The position numbers were made by a program, and so were the translations under genes. DNA of 61,299 bases, the filler included, from Sphacelaria rigidula (Eukaryota): assembly GCA_964200075.2 (NCBI GenBank). It is 6 parts of 6 records of this genome, joined end to end, with 100 filler letters (N's around TTAATTAATTAA, not from the genome) between each part and the next. Parts side by side here need not be neighbours in the genome. Positions count along the whole stretch, not along the records: positions 10,236 to 20,369 come from CAXNAA020007062.1; positions 20,470 to 30,602 come from CAXNAA020007063.1; 4 more parts are not named here. One strand, given 5' to 3'. Below the pieces are notes generated by a model, which was not told the origin of the DNA, did not search any database, and saw only the letters and a list, made by a program, of their open reading frames with translations. Shown one piece after another: positions 12,996 through 25,677 of the stretch. Position 1 is the first letter of the stretch; each line of letters begins with the position of its first letter.

Positions 12996-13173
12996 CTGCA
13001 TGCCCTGGACAATATGCGGTCAACAGTTGCAATAGAAAAAGTATAGCCTATTGCAACTATTAACCACATGTTGTCCAGGATGTGGGTAATTTCACCTTGC
13101 CAGTTTAGCGCGGGATCCCTGCATACTCTGGCCATTTTGTCCTGGCAACCCACCGCACGATGCTGGGACCTCC

Positions 13174-13174
<1 letters not shown>

Positions 13175-13230
<56 letters not shown>

Positions 13231-13270
13231 GCCGTTTTGCGGGTATAGTGTGGTGTGGTGTGGTGTGGTG
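13175..13270. repeat. (GT)n and (GTGTG)n microsatellites
   Basis: Direct reading. Confidence 0.97.
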
Positions 13271-13613
13271 TAATTTTGGAGTGGCCTGAAAGGAGATGCT
13301 TTATTTTCATGTAAGTGATGTCCCAAGCCACTTTTTCGTAGTAGAGTACACGAGGGCTGTCCGGTGCTCGGCAGTTTACAGTAGGGAAAGGAGGAACACA
13401 GATTCGAGTAGCCATACGAGGTGAACTTGGCGGTCTTGCTGTTCTATTTACTTTGTTGCGCCACGATAATTCACAGTTCAAGTCTTACTCTCTTTTTTTC
13501 GGTGGTGGTTTGTAAAAAGAGCGCATGCCGATATGTTCGTATATATGTGCATGTGTGTGTTTCAACTTTTGATTCGTATTGGCCTGGATCACGAAAACCC
13601 ACGACCTTTGCAG

Positions 13614-15897
13614 GTTCCGCCCAGCCGATTTCGACATGGATGCAAGTGGTGGGACCCACTCCACGTCCGTCTTGCAAGCCTGTATCGATCTCTTCAAGCG
13701 CTGCTCAGACCCTTCCTCGGCGTGGAGCATGTCGGGCGGGTCTCGCCGAAATATTCCCGTGCCGCCGACGGCTAGGTCGTACTCCGGCGGCGGCGTCGCC
13801 GGTGGTGCGGGCGTCGCCGGTGGTGCTGGTCCCCAGCCAATGTCATTGCGGCGGTCGGTTCAACAGCAGCAACCGCAACGCGCGGCAGTCCTGTCGAAAG
13901 TCGGTACAAGTAAACTGCCGGATGCCGTTGTGAGCTGGGGGCACGACAGCAACAGTAGCAGCAACAACAACGAAAACAATAATAGCAGCAGCAGTAACAA
14001 CGGTGGCAGCAGCAGCAGCAGCAGCAACAACAACAACAAAAACAACAACGATATCAGCAATGACACCAACAACGCTACAAACAGCGGCCCTAGCACCATC
14101 AGCAACAACAACAGTAAGCAGGGCGTGGGTAGTAGCAGACTATCATGGCGAAATCAGTATGCCAGTGAATCGCTCGCACCCCCTGGAGGGATGGCGGCTG
14201 CAAAACATTCTCCTTCTGCAGCAGCAGCAGCAGCGGTAGCAGCAGCGACAGCACCAGCAGCAGCTGTTGCTACTTCCACCGCAGTGGGGTCATGGGATAC
14301 GAAAGAGCCGTGGGAGCATTGGAGGACGGATGACACAACCGCACCGCCCACACCTGCGGCGGTCCACCCGCTGACCTTTCACCACGCCCTCCACGAAAAC
14401 CTCGGCTCTTTCGGTTTGGATTTGCCACGATCATCCGCTGATGATTCGATTAAAGCGGCGGCCATAGGGGTGACCGAATCAGCGGCGCCATTGAGATCTA
14501 TGAAAAGTGAGTTTCCGGAATGGGCTGACCACCAAGTTGGCAACGACGACAACGACTACGACCTGGAACGTACTCTCGGAAGATCGACCGCGGGCACCGC
14601 AACCGCCGCCGCCGCTGCCGCCGCCGCCGCCCCTTGGAGTTCGGAAGCGTGGATGAGAGACGTCCGCACGACTTTCCTCGGCGAAAATGGTAGATCTGGA
14701 TCGCGATCGGAGGCAACAGGGACGGCGGTGGCGGGGAGGACGTCGGTGGAGACGCCGGAGACGCCGGAAGCAGCTGGATCTTCCGCAAGGAGCGGGTCAG
14801 GAGCGAGTGCTGCTGACGGCAGCGGTAGCGGTCCTGGTGGGTCGCCGGCGCCGGTGCCTGGCCGCGGCGGCGGCAGCCGAACCGACGCAGACGCCCGCTC
14901 GAATAGCCCACTCTTGGGATACAAGCGTTCAGGTCAAGACATTGCTGCTGCAAAATCCGCGGCGGCGGGAGCGACAGTTGCAAGTCAACGAGGGATGTAC
15001 GTCTTCAGAGGATGGGCGGCGACGTTGGACGACGTTGTTGCCGATAGCAACGGTGGCGGAGGAGAAGAGGGAGGGGAATCGAGGGCCTCCGCCACCGCCG
15101 TCAACGCCGCCGCTGCCGCCCCCAGCCCCGCCAACACGGCGTTCACCAGCGTTGACTCTTCAACACGAAATGCGCTGGAATTTGATGGCGAAAATGGTCT
15201 CTTGTCGGACCTCGCGGCAGCAGCAGTAGCTGCGATACCAACCGGCGCCCAGGAGTCGGAAGAGACGGGGACAAGAGCATCAGGGAGGACTAGGGTAGAT
15301 GGCGTGTTGGGCACCGCTCGCAGGGAAGCGGCGGCGCACCGTAGCGCTGGTGGCGATAGCTCGGCAACGACGCGAGACAAGAATAGCAGTGTGATGCCGG
15401 GTGTGCTGAGCAGACACGAAATTGATGCAAATGGTTGCTCCGGGGCGACGGTCGTCGGCGGCAGCGGAGGCGGTGGCTTAGACTTTGGAGTTGAAGCAAC
15501 GGACGAGACGGCAACGACGACCGGTACGGCTAGCGAACACCTATCGGTTGAGGACCTTTTCGTGGAACGTTCCATGAATTCATCGATGTCATCTTTGATA
15601 GCTCCAGCGGAAGGAACGGCGGCCGTGTTCCTACCGCAAGCCAACCGGCCTGATCCCAAGAAAAACGAGGACGACTTCAATAATCGTAGTAGTCTACAGG
15701 CCATGAAGATGGACGCTTACGCTAGGGCATTGGTCGGGCTTGTGTTCGGCGGAGACAGGGGCGATGGTGGTGCCGCTCCGAAGGGAGCGAGGGCGGGGGA
15801 AGGCGGAGGCGGCACCAAGGCAGGGAGCGCTGACGATTTACGCGTTTTGCGAACGTGTTTGTTGGACTGCACTATTTCCGACGAGGTTCACCTCAAG
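13614..15897 (+). CDS. Large internal exon (2284 nt) of an unknown protein; Ala/Gly/Ser/Asn-rich and probably disordered
   Basis: 774-codon open frame; acceptor TTTGCAG at 13613; donor AAG|GTTTGA at 15897 (phase 0) splices in frame to 16310. Confidence 0.8.
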
Positions 15898-16309
15898 GTT
15901 TGATGCTAGGCATTCGGTTGTCATTTGTGTGCAGTGACGACGATCCATTTCTGCGTAGTTGTCCGTTGCGATCGAGTGACTCTTGCACGTCACTCGATAG
16001 TCAAGGTGCTTCGTAGGGGGGAATTGTTCGGCCCATCGGAGTCCTTTTCCTGTACCCGATAATTTGAAACCGCCGGGGTTACCGACCCTTGCGTGTTCGA
16101 AGCTGCCATTTTTTGTGGTCCCTCGTACAAGTGAAGGCTTGTGCTTGTACATCACTGCTGTACGTACAATATTTCGAAAGAGCAAAAGACGGTATACACT
16201 ACCAGGTACAACACACAACTCAAATGAAATAAAGCATGTGGTGAGTGAATATATACTCTCGATGTTCGGCGATTGTCTCCTTCATTCTTGTCACCCGCCG
16301 CAAGTCCAG

Positions 16310-16566
16310 GCTTCCTTCAGTTCACGGAGACCTCGACAAAAAACTGTTTATCTTTCCTCCCTGTTCTCCTCCAAACACTTTTGCCGTATTCCCGACGACG
16401 ACCAGATTTTCAAGTCTATTGCAGAAAAATCACTCAATAATGTAGCTCTCGGCCACGACGGCGGCGGTGGCGGCGGCCGCGAATATGTGCTATCGACCGG
16501 GGACCCTTCGGCGCAGCAGTCCCAATGGCAGCGGGATGTGGACATGTGCAAGACTTGCTTTTCGAG
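16310..16566 (+). CDS. Next exon of the same gene (ASFSSRRPRQKTVYLSSLFSSKHFCRIPDD...MCKTCFS)
   Basis: Acceptor TCCAG, phase 0; donor AG|GTGAGA, phase 2. Confidence 0.7.
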
Positions 16567-16947
16567 GTGAGAGCGATGCAAGGGGTGAAATACTTGCGGG
16601 TTTTAAAAAAATGACGAGGGGAGTAGGAGAGACCCCCGCAGCTGCTGAGCGTATCCCGTTGTTTTCGCAGCGAAACAAACACCTTACGGCTCCCTTGTTT
16701 TACACACCGCACCACGGGATACAGGAGAGAGCTATTGGCGGTTGACCCTCCTAGGGCGAAGCTACCTGTCGGAACACTATCTCCCGATCTTGGAGGTCGT
16801 TCCCCCCTATGCTACAGCTGAGCAGTTATCCGTTTGGTTTGCTTGGGTGCCACTTCCCCGATGACAATATTCCTTTCATTCGGTGACTCCTAACCCTTGA
16901 ATGTCACCTGATATTGTTCAACTATTCATTTTTTCATATATTTTCAG

Positions 16948-16996
16948 TGGTGGATCAAGAATCGATACGGGGCATATTGCGCCCGAGGCTTTGAAG
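16948..16996 (+). CDS. Third exon of the same gene (S-GGSRIDTGHIAPEALK)
   Basis: Pyrimidine-rich acceptor TTTTCAG; phase 2 matches the previous donor; donor AAG|GTAATG. Confidence 0.7.
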
Positions 16997-17289
16997 GTAA
17001 TGGTATATGCCCTCTCACGCTGTAACGGCAGTGCGGTTACCGCGAGCACCGAATGTATCAGGACCGTGACTTTTCTTCGGTAAATTCGAATGGTCGCGTA
17101 AAGAAAGAAAGAAATAGGATTTTTTTCACCTGGATGATGACGGTGATGGCGGTGAAAACAATACACCACTTCCTCCGCGCCGTGCAACGGTAACGGAAGC
17201 AGGGGGGAGGTTCTGCCCTTTGGTTGATGACATTTTCTAAACCCCGACTATAAAGTAAGATACACTCTCTCAGCCCCTGATCGCCTCTC

Positions 17290-18860
17290 GGCTGGGGTTG
17301 ATTGTGTCGGGGGAAACCTAAGCCAACCAACGAACAATCGACACTGCTACAAGCGTGGTGGAGAGTGACATTATCTACAGACTAGATTGTATGGTGTGTC
17401 AGGTGCGATGCAACGTACAGACTTGTTGGCGGACCCATCAACAGAGTTGAATTCGAAGCCCAACCCCGCAGCTGTGGAGTTTTACCGCGTACTGAGGCTC
17501 AACCGCGCAGTTGCGGAGTTCACCCAGAGTTGGGGCATCTACAAAGAAAGCGCGCGAATGGAGACGAGGCAGGATTGATGAGGTGCCAAATTGGGCGGAC
17601 TGGAGCTAACGGCTGACGCGGGGTGGGACGCCTGCACCCCTCCCTTGACACTATAATGCAAGGCATGCGTCAAGACAGGTGGACCAGGGGGGAAGTCGGA
17701 ACGGAAGAACATGTTTGCACGTAAAATAAGGAGAGGAAGACCAGGGAGGAGTGCAAGTCAAAGATTGAAGCGCATCGATGTAGATGGAGCTAGAGCTAGG
17801 TCCCGCACGGGGGACCTACTGTGGCAATCTACAACATACCTCCCCCCCTTACGGGAGAGAACAGGACTGGCCATGCTGAGGTAGATTTCCAGAAGTGCAA
17901 GCGGGGTAGGTCGTGACGCCATATGAACGCGGTTGACAAGGAGACGGGGCTGAACTGAGTTTAGTGCCGCGGGATACCGCGTGTTCTACGGCGGGGCGGA
18001 AGAGGGCAGGGAAAGGGCTGTACAACAAGGGGGTTGGGTTCGCGGTCAAGTGGTCCATCATGGAGGCTACGTGGACACAAGCGTTCATCAACGAGCGCCT
18101 CATGTCGATGACATCCACACCAGCAGACGAAAAGAGCGCTGTCGCGTGTGTAGTAAGTAGCCTATGCCCCCACAGACGCATCAAGGTAAAGAGGAGGGAG
18201 ATATATCTTTTGGACTGAGTTGGACAGCACCGTGAATCGGATTCCCAACAACGACTATTTGTTTGTTTTGATGGATGCCGGCGCCAGGGCTGGAGTTTGA
18301 ACAGGAGATGATAGAAGAATAGAGTTGGAGGCATACGGAAAGGATGCCCCGAACAGCGACAGGAATGACAAGTGCTTTACCTCAAGGTATCGGCGATGAC
18401 AGGCTCGTCCTAGTCAACAGGGTATTTTCAACTCCCAAGGTTCGGCGGCGTTGCGAACCGTGTCGCAGGCACTAAACGTGTTGACTACACAATCACCCCC
18501 GGCTTAATGGAAATGTCGCCGTCCACTTTTAATCGCCGAATTCTCCGGACTCTGATCACAACATTGTGTGCGCCACAGTGCGACTCCTTGGTCGGTTTGT
18601 ACGCAACAGACACGGGTGAACCCTCACCGTGTGCAAATTCATGCATGGTCGAGCAATAACGTCTGACACGGACAGTCGACAGCAACTCATGAGGTCTGTT
18701 GTCAGTGAACTTGTAGCGAGCTCCGCCGACGTGCTCCTGAGATCCGCCGAGATAGTGATGCTATGTTGTACTCGATAGGCGCCGTGTACAATTATGATTC
18801 CAGGATGTTGCGATCTAACACAGTTCGAAGAGACCTGTAATGAGTGGAAGATGATGGTCT
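17290..18860 (+). mobile_element. Degenerate RTE-clade LINE: 5' leader and APE endonuclease, probably intronic
   Basis: GVGFAVKWSI...FINERLMSM, KRVDYTI and DSDHNIVCATVRLLGRFVRNR parallel the endonuclease of the LINE at 43640-44480. Confidence 0.8.
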
Positions 18861-19837
18861 AAATTATCTATAATAGCCGACATGACTTGAGCTTAAAGTA
18901 TCCCGACTCGAATGACTTGAAATTACTATTAATGTATATCACTCGGATTCCAATATGGTTGTTTTTGACCACTCGGTTTCTACGCAGTGGATCTTAATCA
19001 TGCGTAACTAGTGGTGAGCCACGACTGACGAGCGTGTCAGCATTGCTGCAGGTATCAACGGCACGAGTCTCGCACGCCTGAGGGCTTTGAAAAAAATAAC
19101 GAAAAACAAGAGATGACCCTGACACTCACCATAATGCATCAGTAGAAGCAGATAGGGACTTCCGACCCCACGGCTACCCGTAACTATCACAAAAGAAGAA
19201 AGCCTGACCGTATTGGCGCCAACCTGACAACGCTACATTCATGAAAAACGTATCCCGAAGAAACAAGGATCAAACCGAAAATAATAGGGCCGCGTCTCTC
19301 ATCCCCCACCGGAGGTACAGTAGTATCTCGTCCAGGCGTGCCGTGGACCATGTACGTCGAGGTGATAACCCATCATATCTTTTTTCCCTCTCACCGCACG
19401 TTTGCTAAGACACGCCGATAGATGAATTTCACTTTCAACAATTGATTGCCCCAACAAGGACCAGTTTTCAGTCTGATCGAGAAGCATTTTCGTCCAGGAT
19501 AGGGTTGCACACCAATTAGCGAAGAAGGGACGATGAAGTTGTACCTACGCCAAAAAAGAGACGTTTTCGTCGTGTAACGCCATCTTTGTCCCTGCGGCGT
19601 GCGGGAGCAAATGATGGACGCACTCAAGTCGACGATACACGGCTACGGCAGATCCACACAGCATTGTTCACACATGGCAGTAGCAGCACAACAGACCACA
19701 CGCCACACAGCACAGCAGTACAGCACTACGCTCGGGGTTACACGCAACTCCACGACGTGGGTGGCGCGGTCAGTCCTGGGGCAGGTGCTGCACCCGCCAC
19801 CGGCAATTCCGTATGGGAGTGTTCTCTCACTTGACAG

Positions 19838-19902
19838 CGGTCAAGGTGGAAATACAACCGATTTTGCCTTGTCGATGGCACTGTTCATTTTCAATGTCGA
19901 GG
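19838..19902 (+). CDS. Possible further exon (RSRWKYNRFCLVDGTVHFQCR)
   Basis: CTCTCACTTGACAG acceptor, phase 0 compatible; GG|GTATGG donor; no homology evidence. Confidence 0.3.
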
Positions 19903-20369
19903 GTATGGGGTGTCTCGAAATACTGCTTGCAGGGCACCGGGTCCGTGGCGAGTGCCTCGAGTACTTACCAACAGCCAAGGTAAGTCTGGCGAGGCGTGAT
20001 ATATTGGGGCTACTCTGGCTACTGGCTGTCGACACCGTGCGCTCGTGTGCATACATGTGTGTGAGCGTAGCCGGCAACTGGGGTCATCGTGACAGAGCGG
20101 GCAAGGAGCAGAAGGCAATATACGAACGTCGCAAAGCCCACCAGACTTTTCGTTTTTGACCGTGTTTCTTTGTCAATTTCTTCAACACTATTAAACAAAA
20201 AGTATTACAAAAATCATGATATTTTTCGAAATAGTGCCCGCCGACAGCCGGGGGGCTTACGTGTCTGGAAATTTTCTCACGGGAAACCCTTGCCGACACT
20301 TTGTGAGAATAACCCGATGATCGGGTATACGAAAAACCAAATCCTGCACACCCATGTAACCCCCCCCCC

Positions 20370-20469
20370 NNNNNNNNNNNNNNNNNNNNNNNNNNNNNNN
20401 NNNNNNNNNNNNNTTAATTAATTAANNNNNNNNNNNNNNNNNNNNNNNNNNNNNNNNNNNNNNNNNNNN
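20370..20469. other. Artificial scaffold linker
   Basis: N44-TTAATTAATTAA-N44. Confidence 0.99.
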
Positions 20470-20875
20470 TATCTTTTACTCGAACCGCACGACTCACACA
20501 ACTTTGGAGACCTCTTGAATGGTGCATTTTTCCACAAACGCACGCCTGTGGGCCAGCGCGCAACATTGTCCAACATTATTCTGCCATTCCATTCAGGCAA
20601 CTGGTGGCAGGAATGTTCCAACATACTACACATGTAAAATTTTCGTCTCATCATCGGAACCGGCGCAGCGAGACATGTTATGAATAAAACCTCACTCTCA
20701 ATCGTACTTCCAACGCTCGATTTCACGGAAACATTGTCAGGTTTGCCGGCAGGATTTTGCACCAATGTGCGAGGTAAGCGTTTTGTCCATTCATGATGCA
20801 GACACACCCGGCCGCTGAAAGCCAGGAAAAGCCTGCTCTCTATCGTATCGTAGATTCTCAATCTCACGAAAACAT

Positions 20876-23243
20876 TGTTAGTAGCAAAGAGACAAGAAAA
20901 CGAAAGTTGTCACAATCAACACATACAGTGACTGTCATCAGCGCAACAGCGCATTGGACAACCTGCATGCCATGAAGGGATATACGTGTGGGACGCAGCG
21001 AACCGCAACGTCAAACCGCTCAGTTCTATCTTGATAACATGTTGAGGTTGAGAGAAAAAAAACACAACTGTCGGATGCCGTATCGTATTTCCAGAGGCAA
21101 TATCTGCGCAGCTGGCGATACTCATATAACGGCACCGCCTAGTTCACTGAAAATAGCCAAGTTGGAGTCTGGGTGACGTACATCGCACAGGTAGACAGTT
21201 AATAAATGTACAAGCACAACTGAAACAAATGTGTAGTGCAGTGCGAAAAGCAGCGTAAAAAGCACCAGACAACGAACTGCTGTGTGGCACAGTACAGTAC
21301 ACATGATCTTCACGTGGTCTAGCGGGCGTGGTCGACAGTGCAGTACGATATCAGTTTGTTCGCATCACATGAAAAAAAATCCGACACAACGTTATGCCCA
21401 CGCCGTGTTCTTATCTATAATCCAATATAGAATACTTCGTTCAGATAGTGTAGCAGTACCAACGCATGCTACAGTACGGCACCTCACCGTCCGCAAGATA
21501 TTGCCCGCTGAGACCACTTGTAATTCAAACGGCACTGTACTCTGGACAGTACTTCAATCCGGAGCAATATTTCAACGCAGGAGGTACGTGGCATTCTGGG
21601 CGGTTGGTACGTACTGCAGTGGTCGTGTTGGTGGGGAGACAATCAAACTGTAGTGTACACTGGTGCCATGTAAAAGTGACAAAAGTACAGAGTCGAGAGC
21701 TTGTGTACAAGTAACATGAGCCTCGCGCCTCGCCGTGCTCAATCATGCTCGTTTACATGCAACACTTTAGTCCGAGTCCATCATGTCGCATCGATATAAT
21801 TCGGTGCGCATGGTGGATCAACGTTCCGTGTTTGGACAAGAGGAGTCGTATGCACAGCGCGCAGCGATTGAAATAGCCCGCGAACTCCTTACCTGCAAGC
21901 CTAAGTCGGCGTGTATTGGGACACATGTCGGTCGATTCGGTTGATACAGAATCGACGGATTGTGAGCAGGGGCGCTTGCGGGGGCGGGTGGTCGGGGGGG
22001 CGTTGAAAACCTACGGGCCCGTGAGGGCGTATCTAAACAAGGAACGTGTGAGCAGCTTTATTACCCGAGAACCGCTCGTGGGTGAAAGAGGACACACCAC
22101 ATCAGATCAAGTGTGCATGAAAACGCTATGCGTTCTCTGTGCAGTGTATAACGTTACCAGAGAGAGCGCATCCGCCACAGTGGGTTGGCTTGTACCGTCT
22201 ATATGACCCGCAGGTTGGGGGGAATATGCTTGTGCAGCAAGAGAGGGCTTGCGTGTGCGCTCATACCTGAAGCGCCTCATGGTTCGGTCGCCACTACTTG
22301 AAACCAATGTGGGTACCGTGTGGCACATCGAAGACCTGCAGCGAACTCGTGTCGGAATGTATGTTCAACTACGAGTAAAAGAGACAACAGCTATCCGAGA
22401 AGCTGTCTTATTACCTTGGTGTATTACACCGCTAAATCGTGTAAACAAATATCGAGTGAACACGGGGCCGAAAATACAAGGTTTTTGAGAGAAAACCGTG
22501 AGCTGGTGTTTGGCTGTGTGTGAACAGCGGCCAACCGAGAAAGAAAAACCGTAGAGCTTGAATGAAACAAGCTACCTCTGCAGCCCCATGAATGTAGAAG
22601 TATAAGCAACTACCGCAAGCAGTAGTGCCGTATACACCGAACGCAAGCAAGCCACACCCTTGTGGGGTGTGGGCAGGCGGTCCTGTTTCCGACTTGCTAA
22701 CCCAAACTATTGTTGCGCTCTCTCAAGACAATAGCCTAGCTGTCAAAGTGGAAACAGCCCCAGAGGCAGCAAACGAGTAACAATGGTGAAAGAGGGTAGA
22801 ACTACAGCACTGCTAAGACTGACGCCAAAGCTGTGGACTCGCGACACTGAAGACAGGAAATCGGTGGGTAGGTGATGAGTAAAAGCTCTTCTTTATATCC
22901 AATGAGGCCTGAAGACTGTAGTCGAGGTTTTCGAGTGGAACAGGGGGGTAGAGCAGCTGTCCATACGTCCGTCCCGCTTACCATCTCGTCAGAATACAAA
23001 ATCACCGTGACGCGCCGTACCTTTAGGTAATCAAGGCTGTAGTAGCAGCAGGTACACGCGGCTAATCGGGTACAATCCATCTACCTTCAACCCGCTGCGT
23101 CAACAATACAAGGACCGAATCCTGTCTCATGCAAACACACATTCGACTAGAATCTTTCCATACCCGATGGTCGATTCTAGGGACCATCTGCATATCCACA
23201 AGGAACTAGTTTTGATTCAAGCACTCAGTCATTTACCATCACA
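20876..23243 (-). mobile_element. Second copy of the Gypsy LTR (solo-LTR-like, ~2.37 kb including a ~200-bp extra segment)
   Basis: Reverse-complement homology to 6426-8566 (e.g. matching ORFs 7794-8135 and 21282-21653); TG...CA ends; no internal Gypsy sequence recognised next to it; no clean TSD. Confidence 0.75.
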
Positions 23244-23629
23244 GCTCAACTTCGAACGCCCATTAAAGACTTACCAGGGGGTACCCCGAAAATTACGAAT
23301 CTATTGGTGCCGACAGTCCCCTTAACCGGCCGGGGAAGAGTTGCTCGACGAGGAGCTGTCATCCTCCCCTTCCTATTCGTGAGCAATCAGGGTGAGCAGG
23401 GGGGTGGTTGTAATCGAAGCTAGCGCTCTGGTACTGCCTGCCGCTATCCCTTTGCTGCCCCCTCCCGCCTCTATTTGCTCTGTAATACATGCTGTTCTTC
23501 TTGCTCTTAAAATATTTACTGCGATTTCTTTCTATAGTACTACATTCCCAAGTCAGGCTACGTTACTCTATCGCCCTCTATACGGTGAGCCAGAAACGTG
23601 GTCTTTGCCCTCCGCTTCTGATAGATGGA

Positions 23630-23760
23630 TAGATTGATTGATTGATTGATTGATTATCTCCCATTAGCTGATTGCAACAATCTAGCCTGTGATCAGGAGC
23701 AAAAACAAATTACGGTAAAATGATTGCAACACTCCAGCTTGTGATCAGAGAGAAAAAAAA
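23630..23760 (-). mobile_element. Short non-LTR retroelement 3' end with (CAAT)n tail
   Basis: Minus strand ...GATCACAGGCTAGAT...TCAGCTAA... then (CAAT)n; related copy at 51660-51790. Confidence 0.55.
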
Positions 23761-24463
23761 AAAATGTTATAGTACATGCCCACCAACGACAAAACGGGGA
23801 ATATGCTAACTGTACTCCAACATCTAGCACTGGGCTAGGGATTGAGTTTCAAAGTTGGAATGTCCTGATATTTTAATGAGTAGTTCATAGCTTTAGAAGC
23901 CCCTCAAGGTGAAACGATCCAGGACAAGGTGTGCAACCCCTACAGAGGCGTGACTCTCCACCGAATTCAAGTTTCATCAGATTCAAATACCCACGACCAA
24001 CTTCAATCACATTACTTACAATTATCTAATCGATCTCAACAACTAAGCCGTTCATCATTGCATCCACCCAGTGTTGCTCATCACTGCCTCCGGACGGGGA
24101 CTTGTACATAATTTTCATACTACAGTGTTCAACACAACACACCTTGCATACCATCTAACTCGATTTCCTAGACAACATGTGCAATCACTCGAAACGCTCC
24201 CCTTTCGTTTGTCTGTTTCTATCGGCCATACAGAAGGCCAAAAGGCCAGGGCATGCTCCTCGTCAGGATTGATCGAGTCCTCGATCACTCGACTTCCTTT
24301 GTTGTTGATACATATCGATGTTATTCTTTTCCATCACGATTTTTCTTTCCCTCAGCTGTAGTGTAGTCGGTGGCGCTGTATTCCTCGCTTGTTCCCTTTC
24401 ATGCGCTGCTGCACGGGTCTCGTTTGCCGTTGTAGTGGAAAGATTTCTTGTCAGCTCTCTGTC

Positions 24464-24836
24464 CTAAGGTTCGAGTTCTGAAAGGTCCCACACTGGACCG
24501 ATCTGGCCGCAGCCTGCACGACCATGATTGACCAGACCTGGGCAGTCGATTTCGTCTTGTGCGTCGTTCGCTGGGCCGTTTCCGCATCGGATGCCGTTGT
24601 AAAGAGGTCGACCGCTAGAATCAGGACCGGGTTCTAGGAGATCGAAGAGTTCTTTGATAGTCCTGGGGCCGAGTGGTGTGTCCACTTCCACGGTGCCAAT
24701 GCCGTGGTCGAATGTACTTTGCATATAGCACCTGCTGCCTACCGAGTAGCTGTCAGCCCAACTGTCGCGTGGATTAGCACCTACGACGTCGATGATCTTG
24801 ACGATGTCCGGGGAGAACGCATCAGCCAGTGTGTCA
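24464..24836 (-). CDS. Exon 5 (last) of the secreted WSC-domain gene; unnamed Cys/Gly/Asp-rich domain
   Basis: Open frame DTLADAFSPDIVKIIDVVGANPRDSWADSYSVGSRCYMQSTFDHGIG...RPLYNGIRCGNGP...CPG...GCGQIGPVWDLSELEP*; CTAAT branch point, AAG acceptor, phase 2 matches exon 4. Confidence 0.8.
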
Positions 24837-25612
24837 CTTCGTGCAGGAGTCGGGGGCGACGTCGGAAATACACATTAGTCCAACGCGCGATTTCCCACAA
24901 ACGCGCGGATCGACAACGATCTTTTTTTCAGTCTTGAAAACTCGAAACGATAGCAATACAAGATGCTCTCGGCATCAACCGGTATCCTTCAATCACACGC
25001 AAGCGCGTACATCCGCGACCGAGAGCTCAATCCCGCAAAACCTCGTGCAACAGCGGCGTAGCACTCTCAAGCCTTGACTTAAACATCAATGTTTTGACTC
25101 GAGATGCCGTTATTAGCTAGGCAGTTGGGATCTAGACTGCCAAGAAGACGGCCCTGCTACTGTGATCGTCCGTATGTAGCGCTACGAAAAATCGACACGT
25201 GTTTGTTTTGTGTAGGGTGGTCATACCTGGTGGACGTCTCGGAAACCGGAGATGGGGAGGGTATAGTCAGTCCGCTGCACAGGAGAAGTAGAAGAGAACA
25301 CCAGGAAGGAGGTTGGGGTTGGTAGTCTACAACAGAAGTACACGGAATTGTCTTCACCAGACCGGATAACGAACTCGTCCGCCTCTAAAAACCCTGAGAG
25401 TGCAACTACATAGTGGAGCCCATGCGGTGTTTCGCAAGGATGGTGAACGCTTGCGGTGGGTAAGACACACCATATATGTTCCAGATGAGTAATTTTGAGC
25501 GGAGGACCCCCGAACATTACCGCTTGTCGACAACAGATCGCGCATCTTTGTCCCTGCTTATAATTGAATATCAAGTCAACAATATATTTGAATCGTTCAG
25601 CTGAAACCTCAC

Positions 25613-25677
25613 CTCGAAGCGTCGGTCGACTCGATACTGTACAGGTTCAGGGCATCATTGCCGCCGCACATCTCGCT
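25613..25677 (-). CDS. Exon 4 of the WSC-domain gene (SEMCGGNDALNLYSIESTDAS)
   Basis: WSC C-terminal CGG....LY motif; CACAG acceptor; AG|GTGAGG donor. Confidence 0.9.

Noticed and set aside
14498-15704. Antisense and alternative-frame ORFs over the large exon
   Set aside because: Shadow ORFs of GC-rich coding sequence
20871-23248. Target-site duplication around the second LTR copy
   Set aside because: Flanks AACAT and GCTCA do not match, so a clean solo-LTR origin is not shown
25100-25560. Extra exons or a gene in the last WSC-gene intron (similar stretches at 34050-34600 and 53950-54260)
   Set aside because: No consistent frame or splice phase; appear to be decayed repeat fragments I cannot classify
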